Source: Nanobdellati archaeon
GTDB taxonomy: Archaea; Nanobdellota; Nanobdellia; UBA10117
Assembly: GCA_016182015.1 (NCBI GenBank)
Contig: JACOYC010000012.1
Span: forward strand, 29,623 to 93,622
Length of the DNA stretch: 64,000 bases
Direction: 5' to 3'
Below the pieces are notes generated by a model. That model made no database searches, was not told where the DNA came from, and saw nothing but the letters and a program-made list of their open reading frames with translations. The position numbers were made by a program, and so were the translations under genes. Positions 27,919 through 37,292 of this stretch are shown in pieces; position 1 is the stretch's first letter, and each line of letters opens with the position of its first letter.

Positions 27919-29281
27919 CATGAAAGCCATAAATTGTTTTGGAAAACGCTCAGCTACAGAAGTACTGACAGTAATATTGTTAGTCATGATTCTTGTAGCA
28001 GTGGCATCCGTGGCTGGCTACTGGCTGACAGGCATACAGCAAAGCCAGCAGGGGCGAACAGAGCAGTCACAGTCTTCGCTCATAACAACGCTGTCAAGCT
28101 GCCTGAACTTCGAAAGCTTTCACTATGATACAAGAAGCAAAAAATCAGATGTTGTGTTCGAGAATTGCGGCACAACAAAACTTGATGTCGGTGATGTAAG
28201 AATAGGAGATTTAGTTCAACTGTCCGGCCCGAACGTTGATCCGTGCTCATTCACGCTAAACACTACAAACTGCCCTGCCTGCCCATTCACGCTTCAGCCC
28301 AAATCAAAGCAAAAATTTTCTATCGCCTGGAATGCCGAGCCGGCCTGCTCAAGCCGTATAGTCAAGGGCATAAAATACCAGGTCTCTTTTTTTGTTGACC
28401 GGCTTGGCACAGGCTCAAAAACATTTTTGGCGCAGGACGAGCCGCTTACAAAAACTCTGGGACTTTCAACAAGCTGCGGAATAGATGTTATTAACGCAAC
28501 AACTGGAGTTAACACGCCCTGGGAGGCCAAAGACTCAAGCTACTGCTTTGCGTTTGCTGTTAATAAAACCGGCACCCTCGGCGGCCTTATAACAATACAA
28601 AACACATCTACCTCTGGCAGCTGCAAGCGGGCGGAGATTACAACCCTATCAGGTGCGCCGGCAGGCTTTGACCCTAACAGGGCTGCCTGCACAGAAACAT
28701 TTCGCACGGCGGGCACCTTCGGCTCGCCCCAATCTTTGGCATCATTCGGTGTTTACCTGACAAACAGCAGTGCCGGCGGATGCAACCAGACAATACAATT
28801 TGGTCTGAACGACTGCGGCGACTTTGTTTCCAAAACAGTAAACTTTAGAGTTGGCACTGGCGTAGTTGGTGACACAAACACATTATGTAATATAACTTTT
28901 GATCCGACAAGCTCAACAGGGCCAACAAACCTGACAAATGTAACAAATTATATATTCAGCGCAAATTTCGTAAATAACGGCTCCACAGTTGATAATGTAA
29001 CAGTCAAAAATCTGAGCGTAACAACAACTAACTGCGCAAGCATGCGGTTTACAAAAGGTACAGGCGCGCAGTGTTCCCAAAATACTGCTGGCGAGTTTAG
29101 CGCAGCTGCCGGCGCGGAGGTCGGCTTTGACACTGGTATGGGCAGTGCGCAAAGGCTCTGCTTGCAGTTAAACCTTACACAAGGTACCGGGGCAGGACAG
29201 TGCACGCTAAGACTGTTTGTAAACTCGAGCGCGTGCACGAACGCATCTGTAACAAAAGAGTACGCCGTAGGAACTTTTTAA
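27905..29281 (+). CDS. Archaeal type IV pilin-like protein, paralog 4 (largest, 458 aa)
   Basis: KRSATEVLTVILLVMILVAVASVAGYWLTGIQQSQQG; long Cys/Thr/Asn-rich C-terminal region. Confidence 0.6.
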   Translation: MPHSNMKAINCFGKRSATEVLTVILLVMILVAVASVAGYWLTGIQQSQQGRTEQSQSSLITTLSSCLNFESFHYDTRSKKSDVVFENCGTTKLDVGDVRIGDLVQLSGPNVDPCSFTLNTTNCPACPFTLQPKSKQKFSIAWNAEPACSSRIVKGIKYQVSFFVDRLGTGSKTFLAQDEPLTKTLGLSTSCGIDVINATTGVNTPWEAKDSSYCFAFAVNKTGTLGGLITIQNTSTSGSCKRAEITTLSGAPAGFDPNRAACTETFRTAGTFGSPQSLASFGVYLTNSSAGGCNQTIQFGLNDCGDFVSKTVNFRVGTGVVGDTNTLCNITFDPTSSTGPTNLTNVTNYIFSANFVNNGSTVDNVTVKNLSVTTTNCASMRFTKGTGAQCSQNTAGEFSAAAGAEVGFDTGMGSAQRLCLQLNLTQGTGAGQCTLRLFVNSSACTNASVTKEYAVGTF

Positions 29282-29331
29282 GTTAGATATACGCATATTT
29301 AACAAATTACTGCGGCGAAAGTTTTATAAGT

Positions 29332-29366
29332 GTGTAAAAAGGTGTATTTTAGTGTAAGAAGGTGTA
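29332..29366. promoter_or_regulatory. Four GTGTA motifs at exact 10-bp phasing immediately upstream of RHH gene
   Basis: GTGTA at 29332, 29342, 29352 and 29362; the RHH ORF starts at 29370. Confidence 0.45.
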
Positions 29367-29369
29367 ATA

Positions 29370-29552
29370 GTGGCAGGCAAGCTCATAACAATTAAGATTG
29401 ACAGGGAGCTGTACGAAAGAGTCAAGAAAATTCTGGGCAAAAATGAGCTTAAGTACAAATATTCTTCTGTTGCAGCATTTACAAATGAGGCGTTATTTGA
29501 AAAATTAGAATCTTTGAAAGGAAAAATAAAGTTTCCGAAGATAAAGTGGTGA
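29370..29552 (+). CDS. Ribbon-helix-helix (CopG-like) small DNA-binding protein
   Basis: KLITIKIDRELYERVKKI beta-strand/helix pattern; 60 aa; GTG start. Confidence 0.5.
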   Translation: MAGKLITIKIDRELYERVKKILGKNELKYKYSSVAAFTNEALFEKLESLKGKIKFPKIKW

Positions 29553-29590
29553 AATGTCACAAAATTTCATAAGATTGAAGAAGCAAAATT

Positions 29591-30400
29591 TTGCGGACAT
29601 CATTCGCAGGAGCTCATGTGCACAAGGCCAGAATATCTATCCCAACAGAAAATTGGATTGCAATGATGTTTTTTGCGGCCCTGCTAGCCGGCGTAGCTAC
29701 ACTATTTTCCGCGCTGCTCATTACAATTATATCCGGTGCGCTTAGCGTTGTAGCAATTTTATTTTCCTTTGTTGCCGCAGCCCTGATCAGCGTTCTGACC
29801 GGACTATTAGTTTTGTATTATCCGGCAATGGCCGCTTCAGAGCGAAAGAAAAAAATCGAGAATGCACTTCCGTTCGCTACAATTTATCTTAACACGATTT
29901 CGCGGGCCGGCTTTCCGCCGCAGGATCTGTTCAAGATGATTGCAAAGTTCAAGGAATACGGGGAAGTTTCCGAAGAAGCCAAAAAAATTTCTAACGAAGT
30001 GCACGCGCTCGGGCTTGACCTGCCGTCCGCCCTTAATAACGCAGTAGCCCGTTCGCCAAGCAACTCGTGGACAGAGCTGCTGGCCGGCATGAAAACGACA
30101 ATAACTATCGGCGGTGACCTTGGCCAGTTCCTCTCGGAAAAGGCAAAGGGATTTGTTGCAGATTACCAAAGAAGACTGCAGGAGTTCAGCAATTTTCTTA
30201 CACTCATGATTGAGATTTACATAACATTAGTTATAGTGGGCGCGGTGTTTTTTATAATCACGACTTCGATAATGGTCTCGATAGGCGGCGTGCCTGTTGC
30301 GCTTGTGAAGGCGCTTAATTATGCAATTGTGCTTGTTGGCCTGCCGGTCATGACGGCTGCATTTTTGCTCATGATAAAAGGGGCGTCGCCGATGGAGTAG
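29591..30400 (+). CDS. TadB/TadC/FlaJ-like pilus platform membrane protein (T2SS-F domain)
   Basis: TM hairpins flanking a cytoplasmic domain with LPFATIYLNTISRAGFPPQDLF... Confidence 0.65.
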   Translation: MRTSFAGAHVHKARISIPTENWIAMMFFAALLAGVATLFSALLITIISGALSVVAILFSFVAAALISVLTGLLVLYYPAMAASERKKKIENALPFATIYLNTISRAGFPPQDLFKMIAKFKEYGEVSEEAKKISNEVHALGLDLPSALNNAVARSPSNSWTELLAGMKTTITIGGDLGQFLSEKAKGFVADYQRRLQEFSNFLTLMIEIYITLVIVGAVFFIITTSIMVSIGGVPVALVKALNYAIVLVGLPVMTAAFLLMIKGASPME

Positions 30401-30402
30401 AT

Positions 30403-31569
30403 ATGAAATTCAGCATACTTGGCAATTTGGGGTTCAGGGATCTGCTTGGAGTCAGGCGGGAGAAGCTTCAGTTTACTATCATGCTCCTGCCCGTTCCGCT
30501 CATAATCGCCCTGCTTCTTTTTTTATTAGGGGCCGCAAGTACGCTTGTAATAGCCGCGATAACACTCGGAATAATCGCGGTCCTGACACCATATCTCGCT
30601 CTTACATTTATAGAGTTTCAGGAGCTGTCGGCCGCAGAGGATGCGTATCCTAATTTCCTGCGCGACATGGCGGAAGCGGTTAACTCCGGCATGACAATAC
30701 CGTATGCCATACACACCGCGGCGCAGGCAAAGTATGGAGTCCTGTCAAAATATGTGAATAAGCTGAATTCATGGGTGTCATGGAGCCTGCCATTCCCGCA
30801 GGCATGGCAGAAATTTACAGAGTCGCTGAAAAAGTCAGAGCTGATTTCACGGGTTAACGGAATTATTCTTGAGGCGTTTGTTTCGGGCGGAGATGTAGGG
30901 ACTGTCCTTTCTTCTCTCGCAGACGATGTTAATCTGCTTAAGCGCATAGAATCAGAAAAAAAATCAATGGCGCGGCAGAATATAATAATAATGTATGTTA
31001 TATATTTTATTTTTCTCGGCATAATAATCGGGCTGTTTAAAATACTTGTGCCGATATTATATATACAGCGGCTTGGTGTTTTCGGCGGCCTCGCACTTAG
31101 GCCTTCTGACATAATCACAACAGATTATTTCAAGAATCTTTTTTTCCTAATGACAGTGATACAGTCAGCCTGCATTGGCCTGATTGCCGGCCAGATATCA
31201 GAGGAGCGCTTGATTGCAGGATTTAAGCATGTGATATTAATGGTCGGCCTTGGGACTGCGGTATTCTTTTTGGCGATTTTCCCTGCCGGCCTGACAGCAA
31301 CAGTTGAGGTATTTCCGCAGAATCCGTCAATCGGTCAGGACGTTATAGTCTCGGGGAGTTCTTTCTTTGAGGCAACGCCAGCCGCAGGTGCTACAGTAGA
31401 AATAATCACGCCGTCAAAAGAGGTTCTTGTTGTGTTTACCGATGGGCTTGGCGAATTTTTAACGAGCATGAAGTCACCGACGCAGGAGGGCACATATCCA
31501 ATCATTACAACAGTTACTTACAAAGGAGAAACAGCGACAGTGATAAGAACAATAACTGTGGGTGGTTAA
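30403..31569 (+). CDS. TadC/FlaJ-like pilus platform membrane protein (second T2SS-F domain) with C-terminal extracellular extension
   Basis: YPNFLRDMAEAVNSGMTIPYAIHTAA ... T2SS-F-like; adjacent to the previous gene in a different frame. Confidence 0.65.
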   Translation: MKFSILGNLGFRDLLGVRREKLQFTIMLLPVPLIIALLLFLLGAASTLVIAAITLGIIAVLTPYLALTFIEFQELSAAEDAYPNFLRDMAEAVNSGMTIPYAIHTAAQAKYGVLSKYVNKLNSWVSWSLPFPQAWQKFTESLKKSELISRVNGIILEAFVSGGDVGTVLSSLADDVNLLKRIESEKKSMARQNIIIMYVIYFIFLGIIIGLFKILVPILYIQRLGVFGGLALRPSDIITTDYFKNLFFLMTVIQSACIGLIAGQISEERLIAGFKHVILMVGLGTAVFFLAIFPAGLTATVEVFPQNPSIGQDVIVSGSSFFEATPAAGATVEIITPSKEVLVVFTDGLGEFLTSMKSPTQEGTYPIITTVTYKGETATVIRTITVGG

Positions 31570-32460
31570 ATGAGATATGATATTTTCAGAGTGAAAACCG
31601 CCCAGTCGTTTACTGAATTTTTAATAGCTGCGTTTTTATTTCTAATAATTGTATCTGCAGTTTTTATAACAGTCATTCGTAAGTCTGGCACGGAGACGGA
31701 ACGCGCTGCAGACTTAACATCATTCCAGAAGGCATCGATACTTTCGACTATTGCATTAAGAGATACGGGCCCCATCAGCTGGCAGAATTCTCCCGGCTTG
31801 CCTGCAATCTGCGGGCTTGGCGACGGAAATGGGCATGTCCTGCTTTCGAAGTGGCTGAGATTCAGCAATTATACATTTGATTTTTATGGCGGCTGCCTCG
31901 GCATCAACACAACTTGGCAGGCCAGCTATGCAATACGCGGCTTTCCGGACAGCCTTGATACAAACGCCGCGTGCACACCGACACGAGACAGGGCGGTTAT
32001 CTGCAGGTTTGCAAACGGGCTTGGTGTTTATGTTAACACAAGCAACAACGCGATATTAGATGCTGAGCTGTTTTTTCCAAATGCCACTTCGGCCACCGTC
32101 ACACAAAGCGTGGCCAGCCCGCTCGAGGCAAATGACGTTGCAACAACAGATGCAACTCCGGACGGCATAAAAGTTGTTCTGCAGCTGCGCACAAGCGCCG
32201 GAGACAGGGATAACATAACAATACTTGCCGTGCCATGGAATACTACTGCAGTAAAAAGTATATATTTCAAATCATTCGACAACCTGACAGACATTAATGT
32301 TACGATTGGAGATGTTAAGATACTTGATTCAATTGGCGTGCAGACAAGCGCGAGATTTTTCAAGCCGAATTTCGCAGAGATAAGACGCGGTGCCGCGATA
32401 AATAATACAAACACGGGAGATTTGTTTCCGGCCGTGTTCAAATTTGTGGTGTGGAGATGA
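31570..32460 (+). CDS. Pilin-like protein (class III signal peptide)
   Basis: KTAQSFTEFLIAAFLFLIIVSAVFI: Q-x-x-x-E-F-L-I motif. Confidence 0.55.
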   Translation: MRYDIFRVKTAQSFTEFLIAAFLFLIIVSAVFITVIRKSGTETERAADLTSFQKASILSTIALRDTGPISWQNSPGLPAICGLGDGNGHVLLSKWLRFSNYTFDFYGGCLGINTTWQASYAIRGFPDSLDTNAACTPTRDRAVICRFANGLGVYVNTSNNAILDAELFFPNATSATVTQSVASPLEANDVATTDATPDGIKVVLQLRTSAGDRDNITILAVPWNTTAVKSIYFKSFDNLTDINVTIGDVKILDSIGVQTSARFFKPNFAEIRRGAAINNTNTGDLFPAVFKFVVWR

Positions 32461-32921
32461 TGAACAAAAAGGGATACTATTATTTTATTGAGCTGGCCGT
32501 AATAGTTATAATAGTTGTGCTGATATTTTCACAGCTTCCAATCTCAAAGCCAGTGCATGCCGGCCAGATTGAAACGGAAAACCTCAGGCAGGTCGGGTTT
32601 GGAACACTTAAGGCGCTGGACGATTCCGGGTTTATATCTAAATATATGAACACCACGCATTTTCAGAATTCTTCGTTCCAGATGCTTCAGCAGGGAATTA
32701 AAGCCCCGCTCCCCAAAACAGTGATCGCAAGGCTTGAATATGTTTATAACTCGACCACATGCTACAACGAATCCGGCGCGTTTGGCGGCTGCGGCGTTAA
32801 TTTTACCGGCGGTTTATCCACAACTATTTATTATACTTTTACAAACAGGACAGAACCAATCACAATTAAGCTTTACCTTGCAAACATATTTGAGACTGCA
32901 GTAAAGGAGGCCAGCGGATGA
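32451..32921 (+). CDS. Pilin-like protein (class III signal peptide)
   Basis: MNKKGYYYFIELAVIVIIVVLIF. Confidence 0.55.
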   Translation: MEMMNKKGYYYFIELAVIVIIVVLIFSQLPISKPVHAGQIETENLRQVGFGTLKALDDSGFISKYMNTTHFQNSSFQMLQQGIKAPLPKTVIARLEYVYNSTTCYNESGAFGGCGVNFTGGLSTTIYYTFTNRTEPITIKLYLANIFETAVKEASG

Positions 32922-33622
32922 GGCGCGCGCAGTTTTGGGCGATTTCAATAATCTTGCTGTTTATTGTTACAGCAGTAATATTTACATACGTGCGCAGCTC
33001 TGAGTCCGCATCTGTAAGGCTGTTTGCTGAGACATCTGATTTGGAACTTCAGAACGCGGTTAATGCGATAAAAGCACGCAACGGCTGGCTGGCAAGCACG
33101 GCAAATGACTGGTTTAATCTTAACTGGAATTACAGGAAGCTTGTCGAACTTAATATTGGGGCGGACAGCACAGTTGAATTTAATGCATTTGTGAATGATG
33201 CAGGCAAGGTCGGCAGTTGCGTGGATGATGTTCGCGTTACGTGGATAAACGGTTCCGAGCGGCAGTCAAATGTTTCCGCGACTTCGCCGCCGTGCAACAT
33301 CACGATTGTGGCAGGAGCAGGCCCGCAAGTTTATTATGTTTATTACAGCAATCCGTCTGCAGCCACGCCAAGCTACAGGCTGGCAAACACAGTTGTTCAG
33401 GGAACAGAAACAGATGCAGTTGCTTATGCAGAAGTCGAGGTGCCAACAAAAAATCTGTGCACACATTTGAATGAGCTCTACCCGAAGTTAGGTATTGCAA
33501 CGAACTGCAGTTTGAGAAATACCGCCTGCGCAGCACCGGCAACGCAGGCAAATATTACTTTAGTGATGCAGAGCACTGATATGTTTTTTAATGGCACAAT
33601 ACAGCCGCCGCCCTGCCCATAA
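32918..33622 (+). CDS. Pilin-like protein (class III signal peptide)
   Basis: MRRAQFWAISIILLFIVTAVIF. Confidence 0.55.
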   Translation: MRRAQFWAISIILLFIVTAVIFTYVRSSESASVRLFAETSDLELQNAVNAIKARNGWLASTANDWFNLNWNYRKLVELNIGADSTVEFNAFVNDAGKVGSCVDDVRVTWINGSERQSNVSATSPPCNITIVAGAGPQVYYVYYSNPSAATPSYRLANTVVQGTETDAVAYAEVEVPTKNLCTHLNELYPKLGIATNCSLRNTACAAPATQANITLVMQSTDMFFNGTIQPPPCP

Positions 33623-33634
33623 TGTTTTAAATTT

Positions 33635-35890
33635 TTGTTTTGCTATTTGGTAATGCAACTGTCAGAATTAGGAAAAAAATTGCCGGCTAAGCTTTTAGAG
33701 AGCTTAAGCAAAACACAAGAACTCAGGCCATGCCAGCAGAAAGCGATTGATACTGGTTTATTGGAAGGGAAAAGCCTGCTGGTGTGCTCGCCAACCGGCT
33801 CGGGCAAAACACTCGTGGCAGAAATTGCCGCAGTAAAAAATATTCTCGAAGGAAAAGGAAAATGTGTTTACATCGTCCCGCTAAAATCGCTTGCCTCAGA
33901 AAAATTCGAGGAGTTTAAAAATAAATATGAAAAGCTTGGAGTAAAGGTTGCAATTTCGATCGGCGATTTGGATTCGGCAGACCCGTGGCTGGCCGAGAAA
34001 GATTTTATCATCACGGTTTCAGAAAAGCTGGATTCTTTGATTCGCCATGGTGCGCCTTGGATTTCTCAAGTTGCCACTGTTGTGATTGACGAAATTCATC
34101 TGCTGAACGACCCTGGGCGCGGGCCGACACTAGAAATATTGGCGACAATGCTGAAGAAAATTCTAAAGAACTCTCAGTTTATCGCCCTCTCCGCAACGAT
34201 TGGCAACCCAAAAGAACTCGCCTCCTGGCTCTGTGCAGAATTAGTTGAAGATGCCTGGCGACCCGTAAAATTATATGAAGGAACGTTTTTTCCAAATGAA
34301 GTTGATTTCTTTGGCGGAAAGGAAAAGATAACCATTCCGGAAAAGTTTTCTGAGCCGGCAGTCCAGCTGGCAATAAACACGATCGCGATTGGCAAGCAGG
34401 CCCTGGTGTTCTGCGCGACAAAACAATCGGCCGAGGCTATGGCAGAAAAAATTTCAAAAGCAAATGCAAATGTTCGGCAGGTTGATTTAGCAAAGAAAAT
34501 TTTGCACGCGCTCCCAAAACCAACTGTGCAGTGCAGAAGGCTGGCAAAATCTGTTCTGCGCGGCGTCGCGTTCCATCACGCAGGCCTTGTTCAAAAGCAA
34601 AAAAGCCTGATTGAAAATTCATTCAGGAGTGGCGCGGTAAAGATTATCTGCTGCACCCCGACTTTAGCGGCGGGCGTTAATCTCCCCGCATTCCGCGCGA
34701 TAATGAAATCCCTGAAAAGATATTCGGAGAAGTGGGGATACTCTTACATCCCTGTTCTCGAATATAAGCAGATGACTGGCCGCGCTGGCCGGCCCGGCAT
34801 GGAAGCATTTGGCGAAGCCATATCCATCGCCGGCTCTGAGGATGAGGCGCGCGAGATTTACGACAAATATATCTGTGGCACGCCGGAGGAGATCGATTCA
34901 AAGCTTGCAGTTGAGCCAGTTCTGAGGATGGCAATTCTTGGCCTGATAGCATCCGGCTTCTGCAGGACTGCTGAATCAGTGATAGAATTTTTTGGAGACA
35001 CGTTTTACGGATTTTCATACGCAAACGATTACGAAATTAAATCTAACGCAAGCCGAACAAGTTCGGCTGCGCCCAGTCGAATAGAATTCGACTTGGGAAT
35101 TATGAAAATTCTGCAGAAATTAAAAGATTACAAATTTATTGAACAAAACGCGGAAAAGATTTATGCGACTTACTTGGGAAAACGGGTTGCTGAGCTATAT
35201 TTGGATCCGGAGTCCGCATTTACTCTAATTAACGGATTGAAAATTGCGGATGTTGCTGAAACGCAGACAATTTCTTACTTGCATTTGATTTCTTCTGTAA
35301 TTGAAATTCCAAATCTAAAATTCAGGAAATCAGATTCTGAGTTCTTGCAGGAGAAGCTGATCGAGCTCGAGCAATACCTGCTGGCCAAGCCGCCTTCAGA
35401 ATTCTCTTGGGAGTATGAGGAATTTCAGGATTCTTTCAAGACCGCTTTGTTGTTTGAGGATTGGATTTCGGAGATGTCCGATGATGAGCTGATGGAAAAA
35501 TATAAAATCCGGCCTGGTGAGCTTCGCACTAAGTTAGCAAACGCAGACTGGCTTCTGTATTCGTGCCAGGAGATTTCACGCATTTTAAACTTCAAGGATT
35601 TAATTTCCGAGCTTATCAAATTGCGCGTCAGGATGAAGCACGGGCTTAAAGAGGAGCTGCTGTCGCTGAAAAAGCTGAAGGGCATCGGCAGGTACAAAGC
35701 CCGCAAGATGTTTCGTGCTGGCCTGACAAGCATACAGAAAGTAAAGGAAGCAAAGTATGAGCTGCTTGCCGGTCTGATCGGCCCGAGGACTGCTGTCAAG
35801 GTGAAGGGCCAGCTTGGGGAAAAAGTCGAGCCACAGCAAATAATTAAAAAGGGACAATCTGGACTTTCTGATTATGGGGCTGTAGTCTAA
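33635..35890 (+). CDS. hel308: Hel308/Ski2-like ATP-dependent DNA helicase
   Basis: Walker A SPTGSGKT, DEIH box, 751 aa, C-terminal HhH/WH domain. Confidence 0.85.
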   Translation: MFCYLVMQLSELGKKLPAKLLESLSKTQELRPCQQKAIDTGLLEGKSLLVCSPTGSGKTLVAEIAAVKNILEGKGKCVYIVPLKSLASEKFEEFKNKYEKLGVKVAISIGDLDSADPWLAEKDFIITVSEKLDSLIRHGAPWISQVATVVIDEIHLLNDPGRGPTLEILATMLKKILKNSQFIALSATIGNPKELASWLCAELVEDAWRPVKLYEGTFFPNEVDFFGGKEKITIPEKFSEPAVQLAINTIAIGKQALVFCATKQSAEAMAEKISKANANVRQVDLAKKILHALPKPTVQCRRLAKSVLRGVAFHHAGLVQKQKSLIENSFRSGAVKIICCTPTLAAGVNLPAFRAIMKSLKRYSEKWGYSYIPVLEYKQMTGRAGRPGMEAFGEAISIAGSEDEAREIYDKYICGTPEEIDSKLAVEPVLRMAILGLIASGFCRTAESVIEFFGDTFYGFSYANDYEIKSNASRTSSAAPSRIEFDLGIMKILQKLKDYKFIEQNAEKIYATYLGKRVAELYLDPESAFTLINGLKIADVAETQTISYLHLISSVIEIPNLKFRKSDSEFLQEKLIELEQYLLAKPPSEFSWEYEEFQDSFKTALLFEDWISEMSDDELMEKYKIRPGELRTKLANADWLLYSCQEISRILNFKDLISELIKLRVRMKHGLKEELLSLKKLKGIGRYKARKMFRAGLTSIQKVKEAKYELLAGLIGPRTAVKVKGQLGEKVEPQQIIKKGQSGLSDYGAVV

Positions 35891-35995
35891 CTTGGTCACA
35901 TGCCAAAAACTGCGTTTTTGTCGGGTGTTTGGCGTAGCCAAACAGGACTCGCGGTTCGGGACTGCGCGGTCGAGGTTCAAATCCTCGCAGCCTCA
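35876..35995 (+). tRNA. tRNA-Pro (anticodon CGG) with about 47-nt intron at non-canonical D-loop position
   Basis: Acceptor GGGGCTG/CAGCCTC, anticodon stem CGCGG/CTGCG with loop TTCGGGA, T-arm CGAGG-TTCAAAT-CCTCG; D-stem GTC...GAC split by inserted CATGCC...AAACAG. Confidence 0.6.
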
Positions 35996-35999
35996 TTTC

Positions 36000-36812
36000 C
36001 TAACATTTTCTAATAACCACTAAAAAAGCAGTATGCCCGAGCATCTGATGCTCTGGCCTTGCCAGCTGTCTCTCACCTTGCTTTTCTATCTTCCACTCCC
36101 TCTGGATTGTTTCCACAACCTTTTCTAATTGCCAGCCTGCCCCGAGTTTTCCAACTAGCTCAATTGCCTGTGTTACCTGCGGGCAGTATGCAACAAAGTA
36201 TCCGCCCGCCCGTAAAGCCTTACCTGCAGAAGGCAGGGCAAGCCACGGCTCAGAGAAATCAGCAACAACTAAATTCACATCTTTTTCATCAATCTTATCA
36301 ACTGCATTTTTATTTTTCAAAGCAACATTCTTCAAGCCAAGAAACTTAAAATTTTTCTCTGACATCTGGTAAAAATCCTTCCTAATCTCATACGTTACAA
36401 CTCTCTTGCAAACATTTGCAAGCTGTGCGGCAAGCCAGCCGCTCCCCGCGCCAATCTCAACGCAGACCGAGTCCTTTCCAACGCCAGTCAGAGAAATAAT
36501 TGTCGCGAAGTCTTTTGGCAGAATCACGGCAGGCCCGCGCCTGCAATTCGCGAGTAGGTCATAGAACTGCGGCTTCGCCAGCAAAACTTTTCGGCCAGCA
36601 GATGTTTCGATAACAAAATTGTAACTTTTCCCAACAAGCTTTTTCAAATCTAATATGCCTAAGTCACTTTGGTGTTTTTTGTTTTCTGCGCGCACCAATA
36701 TTTTTCTGCCAGCATGCAATAACAAAACCAAATCATTGTTTTTGATTTTCATTTGTGAGCCCGCGAACAAATGATTAGCGAACACCTGGTTCGCTTTATC
36801 ACATAAAAACAA
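36000..36812 (-). CDS. trmI: tRNA (adenine57/58-N1)-methyltransferase TrmI (Gcd14 family)
   Basis: SAM-binding VEIGAGSGWLAAQLA; N-terminal beta-barrel; 270 aa. Confidence 0.8.
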   Translation of the reverse strand: MFLCDKANQVFANHLFAGSQMKIKNNDLVLLLHAGRKILVRAENKKHQSDLGILDLKKLVGKSYNFVIETSAGRKVLLAKPQFYDLLANCRRGPAVILPKDFATIISLTGVGKDSVCVEIGAGSGWLAAQLANVCKRVVTYEIRKDFYQMSEKNFKFLGLKNVALKNKNAVDKIDEKDVNLVVADFSEPWLALPSAGKALRAGGYFVAYCPQVTQAIELVGKLGAGWQLEKVVETIQREWKIEKQGERQLARPEHQMLGHTAFLVVIRKC

Positions 36813-36883
36813 GAAAGCATTTATTTAAAAAACTATCAATTGTTACCAGAAAGTTATTTAAACCCTTTGCCGCAGTTATTTGT

Positions 36884-37270
36884 ATGGGTAGTAGTGATGG
36901 TGGTTACGATGACCGCAACTTGTTAGACATCGTGGGCGAGGAAATAGCGCGGGCCCATACCGACAAACATTTTGTCTGGGAATTCCACTCGGATCGCCCT
37001 TCGCAGATCGCACCAAATGGCGAAGCACACACACTAGGATCAAGAATCCTAATTAAGCTTGGTTGGTTAGGCTCTTACTCTTCGTGGCTCGGAGCAAGGC
37101 GCGTGTTAGAAATTGAGTTAGACGTTACCAAAGGGGAAACAAAATCGGACTGGACAACGTTTACAGTAGGCGATGATAGATATATTACACCATTCGTACT
37201 TGCTCAATTACGTGCTGCTGGAGTTAAGCCAACACAAGCGCAGTATGGCAGTGGATTTGGCAATACTTAA
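36884..37270 (+). CDS. Hypothetical protein, atypical composition
   Basis: 128 aa, no recognisable domain, Lys-poor. Confidence 0.35.
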   Translation: MGSSDGGYDDRNLLDIVGEEIARAHTDKHFVWEFHSDRPSQIAPNGEAHTLGSRILIKLGWLGSYSSWLGARRVLEIELDVTKGETKSDWTTFTVGDDRYITPFVLAQLRAAGVKPTQAQYGSGFGNT

Positions 37271-37292
37271 ACTTTAAAAACCAATCTTTTCA

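Noticed and set aside
29591-31569. The possibility that the two TadB/TadC-like ORFs are one frameshifted FlaJ gene
   Set aside because: The first ORF ends with a clean stop followed 2 nt later by an ATG with the second ORF in a different frame. Separate TadB and TadC genes are common, so two genes is the simpler model. Fusion is not excluded.
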